From contig BFEA01000015.1 in NCBI GenBank assembly GCA_003427395.1, forward strand, positions 558,267 through 622,266: DNA of 64,000 nucleotides, in the 5' to 3' direction. Position 1 is the stretch's first letter, and every line of letters begins with the position of its first letter. Both the position numbers and the translations under genes were made by a program. Of the stretch, positions 12,761 through 25,947 are shown piece by piece. The notes beneath the pieces were generated by a model. The model ran no database searches. It worked only from the letters and a program-made list of their open reading frames with translations, and was not told the DNA's origin. Origin of the DNA: Chara braunii. Its lineage: Eukaryota > Plantae > Charophyceae.

Positions 12761-13925
12761 CCAGATTGAATGAACTTCTCAGAGAACTAGCGAAGTATGG
12801 AGGAGGGAATGCGAGGTGCAAGGCCTCGGTAAACTGGGCCCTGTTTGCAACAGTGTCGGCCCCCATAAGTGAAGGTAGGCCCGCCCAAGGACAAGAGGCC
12901 TAATTTTGGCTACCACGCAACTGGGGAAATTCAGGTAGTTGCGCAGCGCCAGTTGGTTGAGAGCGCCCAGGCCCTGACTGCCTTTTTCGTACGTAACTGA
13001 GGCAGACCCTGGGCCAGATACGCAACATGGACTGGACACAGGCTGCCGGCAGTTGAACACGGGTAACCGCCATAGGCCCCGGGCCTGACTCGTTTGGACT
13101 GGGGCTCAGCCACTTGGGGCCTACCGGAAGCTTCTGGGAGGGGCCCAGTGCAGCCAGGCCGCACGCAAAGCAGGCAGGCCACTTCCATTTAGGAAAGTGC
13201 CTGCCCTCGCCTTCGCGATTCGGGTACTGGCTGCATGCTGCCCAAGCGCTGCTGCGGTAAACTCTGGCCAGCGCCCTCACGCTCACGGGCGAGCAGGAAG
13301 AGCAGGCAGCCATGGCCGAGCTGCCCTGCATCTGTGTGGGGGGGATCGAGGTTGTGAGTGATGCGACATACCAGTGGTGCTTGAGGTGAACGACATTGGC
13401 CTAGATCTGCTCATGCTTCGGGGAGCTGTTGACGTCACCAGCAGCATTGTAGATAGGCTAGATAGGATGTCGACATTCAATTTCAAATTGGTTCATTGTT
13501 GATGAGACTATTCCAACATTGTCACTTGTGAGTTTTTGCTGTGCTCTTATTTGGTGGAATTCGTGCTGCAATTCTGCTTTGGTTCGAGGTCATGACTATC
13601 TGGTTACATGCGTATGATGCTGCTTGGTTTCTGGAATTCGCTATCGCTCATGTTCCTGGCATTAGCAATAAACTGCGGTAGTATGACTTGTTTTTTTTTG
13701 GGTTTGGCTGTGGCAATCGGTTAGGGTTTGAACAGCCTTTGATTGAATTTGTTGGCAGCATTTGGGGAAAAGGGCCTTTGTGGCGAGTAGTTAGGCTCGT
13801 AGAGTTTGTTGGCTGCGGTCAGGCATGGGATTGGTAGGGAGTGCTTTTCCCATCCCTACATGGCTGCGGTTATATGTGAGGGCCGCCGGACCCGCTTTCC
13901 AGCATATAATGGAATGACCTTTTTG
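12760..13925 (+). mobile_element. 3' fragment of a LINE-like retroposon with a decayed C-terminal ORF and terminal stem-loop
   Basis: Frame at 13261-13386 encodes ..LPCICVGGIEVVSDATYQWCLR, similar to ORF 17195-17866. Ends in gggccgccggacccgctttccagcatataa (~13880-13910). Confidence 0.55.
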
Positions 13926-15070
13926 TTGAAATTTAAAACAAAAAAAAGACGGAAGATAGTCCACAACCGAGAAATCACGTACTAGGGTTTAGTGCTGCCC
14001 GTGCATCCTTATGATACAGCTTTAAATTTGTCCAAAATCCGCCGTTCAGGTGGTCCTAACAGTTCGCGAAAGCTGCCAGATACTAATGGCTTCAAAGTTC
14101 AAACCTATAGGATGCCCCCATTCAATGGTTCTTCTCAAGCGTCGACAACTGCTTGAGACAAACAAATCCAGGGGAGTTCCCACTGTCCCAGACAATTGCT
14201 TTCGCAGAAGGAAAAGCATCGGCAAAGTCGGAGGCTGGCCTCATTGAAAAGGAGGACTGATCACTCTTCAACCAGTCTGCAAAAAGCAAAAGGGAACCCC
14301 TTTAGACTCGGAGACATCCCCCTCGAGCCTTGCCTTTTTCTTTTTTTTCTTTTTTTTTTTTTCCCTCGCGATCACCCTGGATCATTCTGGTTTGGTCAGT
14401 CATTCCCCACAGAAAAAAAAACAAATTCTGTTTCTTTCCTTGATTCTTTTTGCAGACTGTTGGTTGCAATTGCACCAAGATATTTGTTTGAGTACAATCG
14501 GGTAAAGAAAAAAGAAGAAGAAGAAGAAGAAGAAAGAAAACCTCTGTACTGCGTGTGCAAGGAGATTTGTAGTCTATTCCTGTCCTTATCAATGCAAATA
14601 ATACCGCAACCTTCACTCTCCTGAACATACAGGCGGCAGCAATGAAAGTTCATTCAAATTTGCAGTTTTTTGTCACCTCCTTACTAGATGCCATTGGAGG
14701 CTTACACTTTTGAAAATGCCCCATCCCCTCCAGCGTCTTGAATGACCCTAGCAAGCTAGTAGTATAAGAATGCACCCGTGCGACTTCACATGCACAGATC
14801 ATGCATTGGTCGCCCTTGCCTTTGTTCTGCCCCTGTCAATAATAACGGTTCCCCTTGAGGTGGGTTTTCGACCAGACATGCCTATTACAATGATGCACTT
14901 TCACTTATAGAACAGAGGAGTGGGAGAGAGGTCACGTGAGGAAACAGGAGCCACGAACATACACGGAGGGAGGGAGAGAGAGGGAGAGAGGGAGAAGTGG
15001 GAAGGAAGGGGGGGAAGCAAGGGAATTCAAAATAGCGAGAACAGAGAGAGAGGGAGGGCAAGAAGAGAGC

Positions 15071-15076
<6 letters not shown>

Positions 15077-15165
<89 letters not shown>

Positions 15166-15166
15166 N

Positions 15167-15243
<77 letters not shown>
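15077..15243. repeat. (AG)n microsatellite
   Basis: Direct read. Confidence 0.97.
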
Positions 15244-15248
<5 letters not shown>

Positions 15249-16120
15249 GGTTGTTAAACATGGCACATGAAATGCAAGTGATCAGCACATTGGAGGCAAC
15301 AGTGTAAAATGACATATTAAGGCGAAATGTGTCTACAGAGAGATCTACAGATGGACAGGATGACAACAACAACAAAAGTGCACAAGGAACTTCAAAGACA
15401 AACATCTCTTTTCTTTCCATTTTCTCTCTAAGAGTTTCTCTTTTTGAGACGACGAAAAAGCGGGCATCTTAGCACAGCCTCCAGCTGCAGCTTAAAGCTG
15501 CAACTTGAGTCTGGAAGACTGTGGCGTCATTGACATAAAGGGAAAGTTCAAAATTCAAAATTTATAGTTTTAGTGGCTCATTCGCGAGATCTAGGCTGGG
15601 AGGTGTGACCGCCGACTGGTGGTTTTGCTCGACCACTAGCTCCATCAGCACCATTGCAGAACGTGTTGGCAATGCTTGTTTTTTCGATGACAACTCACAG
15701 TGAATTTATTTTTTTTTCCCTTTTTTTACAGTGTGATCTTTGCGACCCACAGCCGCGTGGTCTCAGAGTTGCACAAATTAAAATAATAATAATAATAATA
15801 GTAATTGAATGGAGAAAAGCAGCGGATAAACCGCTGGCGTCCTCTTGTCAAGCAAGCAGTGCCACCAGCAACGCTCTCAGAATGGTGTCTACAAATCACG
15901 AACGTCCAACTGACTCTCGTTATCGACAGCCAGCATCTCTTCATCCAGGCAAGTGGCGATGTCCACTGACCCTGATTTTATCTATGGCCAATATCTTTTA
16001 ATCCAGACACCTGGCATGACCTCCAGGTGAGCCTGTTTTTTTTTGTTTTTTCCCTGTTTTTTTTTTTCAAGGTGAGCCTGTTCAACCAACACCACAGTAT
16101 TTTTAAGTAATTTTTGGTTT

Positions 16121-16121
<1 letters not shown>

Positions 16122-16165
<44 letters not shown>

Positions 16166-17866
16166 GAAATGCACAAAGCTTATATTGCCGGGAAACGGGC
16201 CCGGCGTCCCTCACAAAATATTTGGAGCCCCAGGCTTGCTCCCTGCTACTCCGGCCGGGTGCAAGCCCTGGCTGTGGAAACAAAACCAACCACAACCAGA
16301 CACAACCCTACAATGAATTTACAAAGCAGACAATTATGTAACAGTCCCTCAGTCATCCGAAATTATTGCCAAACCCTGCAAATCGCCCTGCCACCCGCGC
16401 AGCAGGGGACTGCACCCACAGGCCCCAACTGCGGATCCAGTCCCCGCAAAACCCCCCCTCCTCCTCGTGATTCAGAGTGGATCGCACCACCAATAGAACC
16501 CAGACTCTCCAGTACCAAAACACCGACTCCCGCCACGATGATGTTTCTGCTAACCACCGGAAATACCCTACCACCCGCGCAGCAGGGGCCGAAGGCCCCG
16601 CAAACCCACCCACCTCCTCGCGATTTAGGGTATACCGACCCCCCAATCCGCATCTGCTCTCAAACGGAGTCCCAACGCCTATCAGATGATGTCAGAAACC
16701 AAAACCTACCATAAGAAGATGGAAACCAAGCCCTCTATTGCTAAACCCAATTATGTAACCACATCCAATTATCATCTCAACCCTGCAGCAATACCCTGCC
16801 ACCCGCGCGGCAGGGGTCGAAGACCCTGCAAACCCACCCTCCTCCTCGCGATTCAGGGTATTACCGCTCCACCCATCTGTATCGGCTCCCATAAAAGAAT
16901 CCCACTGCCCACCATGATGGGATCCCTGCGGAGCGACACTCGCCCAATCGCAGCAGATTTCCTATATCACACGTAAACAAAAACCCACGACAAAACAACA
17001 GGGCCAAAGCTGTCGTCTAAAAAGACAAAGCTAAATTCCAATCTGAAGAGATTAAGCCAAAATCTTAACAGTAACAACGCTCTATCGGTCAACACGAATA
17101 TGTGACTCTTACACTAATTACTGCTATACAAAACCTCGACAAAACGCACAGCAAAGCAGCAACAACAAGAACTATTCAACACAAACCAAAAGTACTAAAC
17201 CAAAACTGCACCAACAATCCAACACAAACGAAAAGCACTAAAACTCTCGTCTAAAGCGACGAGGCAGAATTCCATCCACTTCGATGTTTCACAGGACGGC
17301 GGAAGCCTCCAATCGCGTCTAAAACGCTGCAGCAGAGCATCCAAGGTCGATAGCAAACGCTCTACTCGATAATCTGGGGCGAGCCCAAGATCAACAACAG
17401 GAAAAACATGATCTCTTCTCTCCACGGCAGCAACTCCATGTCGACGCAACAAGAAGACGCGAATCTTCCAATTCACCGTACGCTCCATGTCAACAGCCAC
17501 CCTCCCATGAATCATACATGGGCAACACCCAATGTTCCGTATCAAAGCCAGGGGGTCGCCCCCTGACAAGTTCCATATTAGGTATATATGGAAGGCTCGC
17601 ACCCTGCCCGTCAACCACCCCCACATGCCACTCTCCTTCCAAGGCTGACAAGGATTCCCGGGCTTCTCCAGCAAAAGTCCCGACCAAGGCGAGCTAAAAC
17701 CGAGGTGTTTCACCACCATCGCGGAGCCTGCACCATCGCGCCCATGCGCCCTAACTGCCCACAGCGCTCCCTTGTTCGTGCCCGCAGCAAATTCTGGCAG
17801 GCAAGGCCAACGCACGTTGACCTCGCCGAGCGATCCTCCGCTGCGCGAGCCTCCAGCTTCTGTTGC
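16122..17866 (-). mobile_element. Poly(A)-tailed retroposed element (probably a LINE 3' fragment) with a non-RT ORF
   Basis: T-run 16123-16163, perfect 14-bp TSD taatttttggtttc at 16108-16121 and 17867-17880, open frame 17195-17866, internal repeats (ccacccgcgc..cctcctcg) at 16390-16870. Confidence 0.85.
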
Positions 17867-18703
17867 TAATTTTTGGTTTCTTGACATCAACTGGACCCGG
17901 TTTCCAGCAGGTGGTGCTCCCACCAATAGATGGAGCTGGTTTTTTTTGTGGGGAAAAAAAAAAAAAAAAAAAACCTTGGGTATCTGCATATCTGTTGATT
18001 TTGCCAAGCACAATAGAGGGCCTCGTTGCAGTACTCTCCACATGTACAAAGGACAAATTTAAAAAGAGATGGCAATTTATCTTTTTCCATGTTCTAGCGG
18101 TGGATTTAGTCTTATTCTGCAAATTTGGCAAGTAGTGCAGCCAGGCCCAGAGTCTAGTACTGCTGATAACCTGAAATCTGTATTTGGTCAGAAAAAAAGG
18201 TTATCTTGCAACCAGCCCATGTGGCTAGATGGTACAACCATTAACCTGAGCTGTGATCCTTCTTCCTCTTTTTTTTTTTTTTTTTTTTTTTGTTAACATT
18301 GACCGGATTCGTTAGGAATGGTGATAAGAGCAATGCCATCCCTACTATTTCAATCCGCCAATACTCCAGTCAATTGGTGGCGTATCAAACTGTGTGAGGG
18401 ATGCTGGACCCGTTTTCCAGCAGGTGATGCTCCCCACCAATAGATGGAGCCTTTCCCCAGGTGCTAGCGATGTCTGCTCTAAACAGCAGCGCTAGCACTG
18501 GAGGGTTATGTGTTAAAAAAAAAATAAAAAATAAAAAATAAAAAAAATAATAAAATAAAAAATGGTGGCGACTCTGGGGAGTGTCGCCTGCTGGAAACAG
18601 GGTCCAGCGTCCCTCACATGATCCCAAGAACGAACCCCCACAAGTTTGAAATTTGAATGTAGAAGCCCACCTCTTCAGCCCTTTCTGGGCCACATGAGAT
18701 GGA

Positions 18704-18739
<36 letters not shown>

Positions 18740-19169
18740 TCGCCCCCACCAGTGCTAGTGGTGACCTGAGATGGAATCCTGATGCAATCAGTTAAGCAAA
18801 ATAACTCGGGAGGTGGCAAGAGGTCGAGCATTGCAACCAGGAGGTTGCGGGTTCAATTCTGGCCGGCCATTACTATCCTACTGTGCACGCACTTGGTTGG
18901 TGCTACAACACCCTCTGTACTTGCCCCCAACCTAGCCCAGCAGATAGAACTTTGGGGAAGGTTTGGGGAGCACTGCCTGCCAGTGATGGGAAATCACTCA
19001 GGAGAGAAGTAGGGGCAGGAGCGGATGAGGGGTCAAGAGGGAGGACTGCTCTACAGNNNNNNNNNNNNNNNNNNNNNNNNNNNNNNNNNNNNNNNNNNNN
19101 NNNNNNNNNNNNNNNNTTGTGTAAGGGGGGGGGTGGGCTCCTACTCTGGGGGGGGGGGGGTAGTGACAA

Positions 19170-19204
<35 letters not shown>

Positions 19205-20190
19205 GGGACCGCTTAGCCTAAGGGAGCACTTAACTTACAGGGCATCATCATGGAGGGAGGTTAAGCCATCAGTACTTGGCCAATACATCGGACTCCGGCC
19301 CCTTATGTTAACGTGCCACGACTTTTGGGGCAAGCCCGGCATTGATAAATCTCTTTTTTTTTTTTTTTTCTTTTTTTTTTTTTGGCCTTCGTCGCATTTA
19401 CAACATCTGCGGCCGATGTATGGGTCAAGTACTGGGATTTTTTTTTATTATTATTATTATTAATAAAGGAACGCTTCCAGCACCAGGGATCCTGCATCCT
19501 CCTTAACGGCCCCACCCTTACATTTCAAGTCACCTCTGAGGGCTCCCTAGAGATTTTCGTCCTTTTGCCTGGGCCACCCTTATTTTTTAGCGGCGGACCC
19601 TAACAGCCGAAAATGTGGAAACGTTTTAGAGTTCGTTTTTTTCGTCATTAGGGTGTGGTGAAACGGCGATTTTGTAAAAACCCTTACATTTGTAGTGGTG
19701 TCGAACGAGGCCCAAATTCATAACCAAACTCAGAGTTAAAAATCAAAACCCTTTTTTTTTTTTTTAATCATTAAAAATATATATATGTTCGACCGAGGGA
19801 AAGACCCGAACATGTTCCACGTGCTACACAGGATATACTATCACCGTAGTATCACGTTTCCCATGATGTCATGTAGGTAGCCAAATTAGGCTGCACTGTA
19901 GTTACTCTTCCATCTGTCCACTTTCTATCTTGGAAGGTGGGCCTGGCAGCCGGCTGTCAGTACAATCATATATAGGTTCTGTCAGTACAATCATATATAG
20001 GTTCAAACACGCCACTGCAATGTTCAGGGACGCTGGACCCAGCACTTTCCAGCAGGTGCTGCTCCCCACCAATAGATGGAGCCTCCCTGGGAGTGACAGT
20101 GGTGCCTGCTGTTATCAGCACCCGTACGGTGCCGTACCATCCATCTGGGTTGTTCTTGAAAAAAAAAAAAAAAAGGGAAAAAAGAGGAGC

Positions 20191-20192
<2 letters not shown>

Positions 20193-20256
<64 letters not shown>

Positions 20257-20325
20257 TTACAGAGGCCATGCTAATCGTCTCCGTATTGTTCCAATAATCC
20301 AATTTTAGCGGACATCCCGAAGGAC
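20193..20325 (-). pseudogene. U6: 3'-truncated U6 retrocopy with long poly(A)
   Basis: Reverse complement GTCCTTCGGGATGTCCGCTAAAATTGG..TTGGAACAATACGGAGACGATTAGCATGGCC then an A-run. gagcacttt flanks both sides (possible TSD). Confidence 0.8.
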
Positions 20326-21069
20326 AGACGATGAGCACTTTTTTTTTTTTTTTCTTTCTGGAAAAGCCCTCTTGCCTCCAGGATTGAGGCTTTGCTTGTC
20401 AGCCTGCTCCGTCTATTGGTGGGGACCAGCACCTGCTGGAAAGCGCCAGGTCCAGCATCCCTTGGATACAGCTCATTAGTACAGAGTTTGCTGATGCATC
20501 AGTTGACGGGGCTTTTTTTTTTTTTTTTTTTTTTTTAATTTAAGGGCGATGGCCTTGAGGTATTATCATCGACTAACCAGCCCAGGTAAATTCAATCTTG
20601 TGTCTAATCTGACAACGGTGGCCTGATAGCCTTCAGGGAACCCCCAACNNNNNNNNNNNNNNNNNNNNNNNNNNNNNNNNNNNNNNNNNNNNNNNNNNNN
20701 NNNNNNNNNNNNNNNNNNNNNNNNNNNNNNNNNNNNNNNNNNNNNNNAAGGGCGATGGCCTTGAGGTATTATCATCGGACTAACCAGCCCAGGCAAATTC
20801 AATATTGTGTCTAATCTGACATCGGGTGGCCTTTTCAGCCCAGGGTGGCCTTGATTGCCCTCAGGGAACCCCAACAGGGCAGTTGACAGGGGACACCGGC
20901 CAGGGGACAGCCGGCCGCAGAGGGACAGAGCATCATCTGACTGGCCAGTCGCTGTGCCTCCCCTATTACCCCTCCCCCTATGAACATCAGCAGAGACTGC
21001 TTTTTAATGCCAATTGGGGGGACCAACGATCTCTATGTGGCGGGCGCCAAGCATGCCCAGGAAGGTACA

Positions 21070-21142
21070 TGAGGCGAATGGGGATTGAAACCAAGACCTC
21101 CTGAATGCCACTTGCATGCCTTACTAACTGAGCTAGGCCGCT
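21070..21142 (-). repeat. tRNA-like (SINE head or tRNA pseudogene) sequence
   Basis: Reverse complement has A-box-like TAGCTCAGTTAGTAAGG and B-box-like GGTTTCAATCC at tRNA spacing. Confidence 0.6.
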
Positions 21143-21426
21143 GGATGTTGACGGGGCTATGGCCTTCTCTGTTCCTTTTTCTTATCTTTTCTTTTTTTCC
21201 AAGTCCTACTGTGGAGTTCAGGCTTTCCCATGGAACTGCAAGTAATCCTTCCTTCCAGTGCCCCAGCCCTATCGTCCTCAACGGCATAGAACGCCCCGTA
21301 ATTATCGCTGCATCTGGACTGAAAGTTGTGCCAAATACAGCTATAATGACCGGGCGTTCTATTGGGGTGAAGAAGGACACGTTCTATTGGGGTGAAGAAG
21401 GTAGTCCTGGAATTGCCCACTGTTCC

Positions 21427-21574
21427 TTTTTTTTTTTTTGTTGGGAAATAGCCCTTGCTTTAGCCCTCTGTCCCGGCGGTGGTGAGAGAACCGTCAGAAT
21501 TGAGGGCTTATCTGTCGGGCTGCTCCATCTATTGGTGGGGAGCGGCACCTGCTGGAAAGTGTGCCCAGCGTCCC
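21427..21574 (-). repeat. Longest copy of a dispersed stem-loop SINE-like family (head GGGACGCTGGACCCGGTTTCCAGCAGGTG..GCTCCCCACCAATAGATGGAGC)
   Basis: Other copies at ~7399-7450(+), 17891-17936(+), 18398-18450(+), 20027-20082(+), 20403-20461(-), 57491-57543(-), 61351-61404(-), 61575-61691(-), plus partials. Longer copies end in A-runs. Confidence 0.85.
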
Positions 21575-23829
21575 ATTGAAAATCATGTAGCACAGAGCTT
21601 GTTTGTTTGTATTTGCCCACTGTTCCTTCTTTTTCTATATCCCTCTCTGGGCCGTCTGTCACAGTGCATTTCCAGGTCTGTGCAGTCCCCCTGGAACTCT
21701 CTGCTGTTGCATTGTTGGCCCCACCCCGATTGCCCTCTCACTTGCCCCTGCTTGCTTTCGTTTCTCTCTCCTTAGACTGTTTCTCTTATCCTTAAGCCAT
21801 AAGCCCTCCCTGAACCCTCCGCTATCACTTCGTCGGGGCCAGTGCAATTTTGCATCCCCCCCATGTCCACTTTTCTGCGGAAGGGGGCTCAGGCATGTTG
21901 CCCGCCCTTCGCCCTTCTTTTTATATGAAAGCCTGTGATAAGCTAGGATCCGTACTCAGCGGCTTCCCATACCCTTAAGGGAAAATCCCACATAAGCCGC
22001 GAAGTACGGGTTCTGGGTGATCGGGAAAGGCGGAGTCTATTTTTCTTTTCTTCTCCTTTTTCTTGAAACATGGGGGAGGAGGCGGAACAGAAACTTATGA
22101 TTTCTCCACGCGGACGGTTAGCGACCACGCCGAGAAATCCAATAAACGGTTAGAAATTGCTGTGGGTGGGAATTCTAAATTTTGCATGATGATGCGTGCG
22201 CGGCAAATTTTCAATTTTTTGTACGCTGCATAAACCCGTTCCCTCGCTTTGCATCTCCACGCCATCTTCCCTTCTTGCTGCGCGCTCCTTTCTTGCATGC
22301 CTCTTCATCTTCCCGCGAGCGATTGGCCGTGTAGTTGGGATGGTCGGATTAATTGGGTGAAAGCGGGAAGCGAGCACCACTTGAACGACCACCCCAATCA
22401 CACGGAATGTTCGACTCGCCTCCTTTGATCCTCTTGGAACCTTGGCCTTTCTTCTGTCCTGCTCATCTACACCCCTTGCTGCCCGCACCTCGTGCTGGCA
22501 CCCCGCCGCCTTCCGCACTATAAATTTTTGCAGCCCCTTCTCCTCCTCCTCTTTGATCTCGGCTGCAATGTTGCATGAGCTATGCACGAGGTCCACGACG
22601 TCGAACAGGCTTGACATGGCCAAGGACGGGCGGAGTGATGACGTGGGACGGGCTTAGAGATAGACTTGGGGTAAGACAGTCGGAGTGACGGAGCGGCGGT
22701 GAAGATCGGACGCCGCCAGCAGCAGGGCCTTGTGGCTATGGTTGGTGGAAGTTCGGATTGATTGGGGGCTCTGCCTGAGGGAGGCCAGTCGAGTGTGAAA
22801 TTTTGAATAGTGAGGGACTCACTTTTATCTCCATTGCTGCTTTGTCCAAGTGTGATGTGTGCAAAGTCTCGAAGTACGGGTATTTTGTTGTATGCATGCT
22901 GTGGTGCAGGGGTCTATGAATGCTGCATCATCCTAAATGTCTCACTGTCCAAGATAGATGAATGAGTAGATGTGTGAGCGCTTATAGGTGCAATTCCGGG
23001 TAACGCGGGTCGTCGACCGTCTACATGGATGCATGAGTGTGTTGGATTTCCCTCCCTTCCTCAGCCCCTTACTGATCCAGGCGCCGCGCGTAGGAGGAGG
23101 GATCGCCACTAACTCTTCCTTTCCTCTCCCTTGTGCGCACAGAGGATCAAGATCAATTGGGTGCGTGTCGCCCCACGACTCACCTCGACCACCGGGGATC
23201 CATGTGTTCGAACACCGGGCAACGGGGATCGTTAAATTCCGTTGATCCTCGTTGAATCCCGTTTAACGGAAAAACGAGGGTCTCCCATTGAATCCGAAAA
23301 AACGGGATGGGTGCATTGGGCCTCGGACACGTGGCCCTACGCGCCCAAACACTAAAAACAGGGAAAAAAAAATAAAAAAAATTGACCCCTATTAATAGGG
23401 TGGGGTGGCAAAAAATGCCCCTCCCTCCCCAAAATCAAACTGCGAGAGGGGAAAAAGTTGGGGCCACCCCATCCCCCAACACTGTGAGCACATGTATATG
23501 CATGTGAGTGTATGTCATTTTTTGTTTTTGTTTTTTTTTCCCAAAGGCTCCAATCTATTTGCCCAGTCTCATTTCCGAAGGGCCCCTACGGAGTAGCAAG
23601 GGCCCCTCGTGGAGCAGAAAAGGACATTAGACTTGTAGACTGTCCGTGTGGGCCGAGAGTATATAGTCTGGATTCGAATTCAGGTCTGTGGGACTCTGTG
23701 CATCACAGTTATGGGTCACTAATTCTTTGTTTTCTCGTTTTTCTTTTGTTTCTCGTTTGTCTTTTGTTTTCTCGTTTTTCTTTTGTTTTCTCATTTTTCT
23801 TTTGTTTTTTCTGGTTTTTCTTTTCTCAG

Positions 23830-24460
23830 CAGAATGATGGGTGAGATACAGCAGGCAGTCGTGGATGGAATGGGGGTGGACACGGGAAACTGGTTTTCTG
23901 ACTTCCGCCTTGTTATATTTTTTTGCCTTGATATGGAGTTGCTTGTCGTTGTCTGCCAGAGGATAGGAGTAGGATACTCAGTGATGATTGGTGTTGCCCG
24001 GCTCGCAATACCAATCAACACTGAGGTGGTGATCGCCTCGAGGGATTGGTGGTGGGCAGTTTACGGGTTAGGTTGCAGGCGGTCGACCCTTCCCTTGCGC
24101 AGGGGAGTACTCAATGCCCGTGACAGATTCTTAGGATAATGCATAATGGATGCAGGAGTCGACGTCCAGATTTTACACATCTCATCATGGAGAGTACGGT
24201 GTGTTAAGGCACGCCCAATGTTCACCACGTATAACTCATCATTGTTAGGGTTTTGTGATGTTCACTCATTATTGATAGAGTTTTGCTCTTATGCTTGATT
24301 GATAGAGAATAAATCAAATCCTGCTTAGAGTTTCGTGATTAGACTTTGATAGGTATAGATTAAAGACATATATAGACAATTTCAGACTGTTGGACATAGT
24401 CACACAACACGATATGGGGACGCTGGACCCGATTTCCAGCAGATATAAATCACATCTTTG
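23830..24460 (+). mobile_element. 3' fragment of a LINE-like retroposon (same tail family as 12760-13925 and 16122-17866)
   Basis: Ends in gggacgctggacccgatttccagcagatataa (24418-24449). Decayed W-rich ORF upstream. Confidence 0.45.
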
Positions 24461-24558
24461 GTAGTACACATCACATCATGGTTAGGGTTTCGACTGATTG
24501 GATTGATGCTTCAGATTGTTGCAGAGATTCCATAGTCTACATAGTTACACAACACGAT

Positions 24559-25489
24559 NNNNNNNNNNNNNNNNNNNNNNNNNNNNNNNNNNNNNNNNNN
24601 NNNNNNNNNNNNNNNNNNNNNNNNNNNNNNNNNNNNNNNNNNNNNNNNNNNNNNNNNNNNNNNNNNNNNNNNNNNNNNNNNNNNNNNNNNNNNNNNNNNN
24701 NNNNNNNNNNNNNNNNNNNNNNNNNNNNNNNNNNNNNNNNNNNNNNNNNNNNNNNNNNNNNNNNNNNNNNNNNNNNNNNNNNNNNNNNNNNNNNNNNNNN
24801 NNNNNNNNNNNNNNNNNNNNNNNNNNNNNNNNNNNNNNNNNNNNNNNNNNNNNNNNNNNNNNNNNNNNNNNNNNNNNNNNNNNNNNNNNNNNNNNNNNNN
24901 NNNNNNNNNNNNNNNNNNNNNNNNNNNNNNNNNNNNNNNNNNNNNNNNNNNNNNNNNNNNNNNNNNNNNNNNNNNNNNNNNNNNNNNNNNNNNNNNNNNN
25001 NNNNNNNNNNNNNNNNNNNNNNNNNNNNNNNNNNNNNNNNNNNNNNNNNNNNNNNNNNNNNNNNNNNNNNNNNNNNNNNNNNNNNNNNNNNNNNNNNNNN
25101 NNNNNNNNNNNNNNNNNNNNNNNNNNNNNNNNNNNNNNNNNNNNNNNNNNNNNNNNNNNNNNNNNNNNNNNNNNNNNNNNNNNNNNNNNNNNNNNNNNNN
25201 NNNNNNNNNNNNNNNNNNNNNNNNNNNNNNNNNNNNNNNNNNNNNNNNNNNNNNNNNNNNNNNNNNNNNNNNNNNNNNNNNNNNNNNNNNNNNNNNNNNN
25301 NNNNNNNNNNNNNNNNNNNNNNNNNNNNNNNNNNNNNNNNNNNNNNNNNNNNNNNNNNNNNNNNNNNNNNNNNNNNNNNNNNNNNNNNNNNNNNNNNNNN
25401 NNNNNNNNNNNNNNNNNNNNNNNNNNNNNNNNNNNNNNNNNNNNNNNNNNNNNNNNNNNNNNNNNNNNNNNNNNNNNNNNNNNNNNNNN
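24559..25489. other. Assembly gap (N-run)
   Basis: Direct read. Other gaps at ~19057-19116, ~20649-20747 and ~29208-29227. Confidence 0.99.
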
Positions 25490-25520
<31 letters not shown>

Positions 25521-25523
25521 GGA

Positions 25524-25561
25524 CTGTCTCTTATACACATCTAGATGTGTATAAGAGACAG
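25524..25561. other. Nextera mate-pair junction adapter (Tn5 mosaic ends), a library artefact
   Basis: Exact CTGTCTCTTATACACATCT+AGATGTGTATAAGAGACAG next to a gap. Confidence 0.98.
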
Positions 25562-25562
25562 A

Positions 25563-25840
25563 ACCAAGGCTGGGCCAACCTCCCAGCCCTAATGGAAGTG
25601 GAAGCGGACGAACCTTGCCGTACGGGAACTTCGGACGCCAGGCTCATCCAATCTTCTACATGCCCAATTCAGAGAGTCTACCCAGCAGGATTACCTAAGC
25701 AAGGCAGGCCAGCGCCGTGGACACATCCTACCGTCCTTCCCCTAGCTTACCCAAGGCTAGGCGGAACCCAGACTAGCCGGAGCAACTTATATCCCTACCC
25801 TACCCTAGAGCTATGCCATGCATGCATAGACCCCGTCATG
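25563..25840 (+). repeat. Dispersed repeat; longer copy at ~54418-54700
   Basis: accaaggctgggccaacctcccagccct..ccctagagcta near-identical at both loci. Confidence 0.9.
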
Positions 25841-25947
25841 CACATTTGGTGAGTACTGCAGCCAGACCCTGAGAAATCTGCCCCCACATCCCCCAGCCCC
25901 CACCCCCCAAAATCTGCCCCCCATCCCCCATCCCCCACCGCCCCCGG

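Noticed and set aside
13720-13730. ttagggttt as an interstitial telomere (also ~24245, ~24482, ~63687)
   Set aside because: Single units only, with no tandem array.
14932-15420. ER/SL-repeat ORFs (also ~27.8 kb and ~29.1-29.8 kb, and CV/HT repeats at ~26 kb)
   Set aside because: Translations of dinucleotide microsatellites.
20540-20875. Direct repeat flanking a ~100-N gap
   Set aside because: Most likely overlapping contig ends or allelic duplication rather than a biological repeat.
22150-22623. 157-aa ORF as a host gene
   Set aside because: No recognisable domain or splice structure, so it cannot be supported.
24478-25554. 330-358 aa ORFs in the track
   Set aside because: They span the N-gap and are artefacts.
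25524-25561. Natural Tn5/IS50 ends implying horizontal transfer
   Set aside because: It is the synthetic mosaic-end mate-pair junction sequence.
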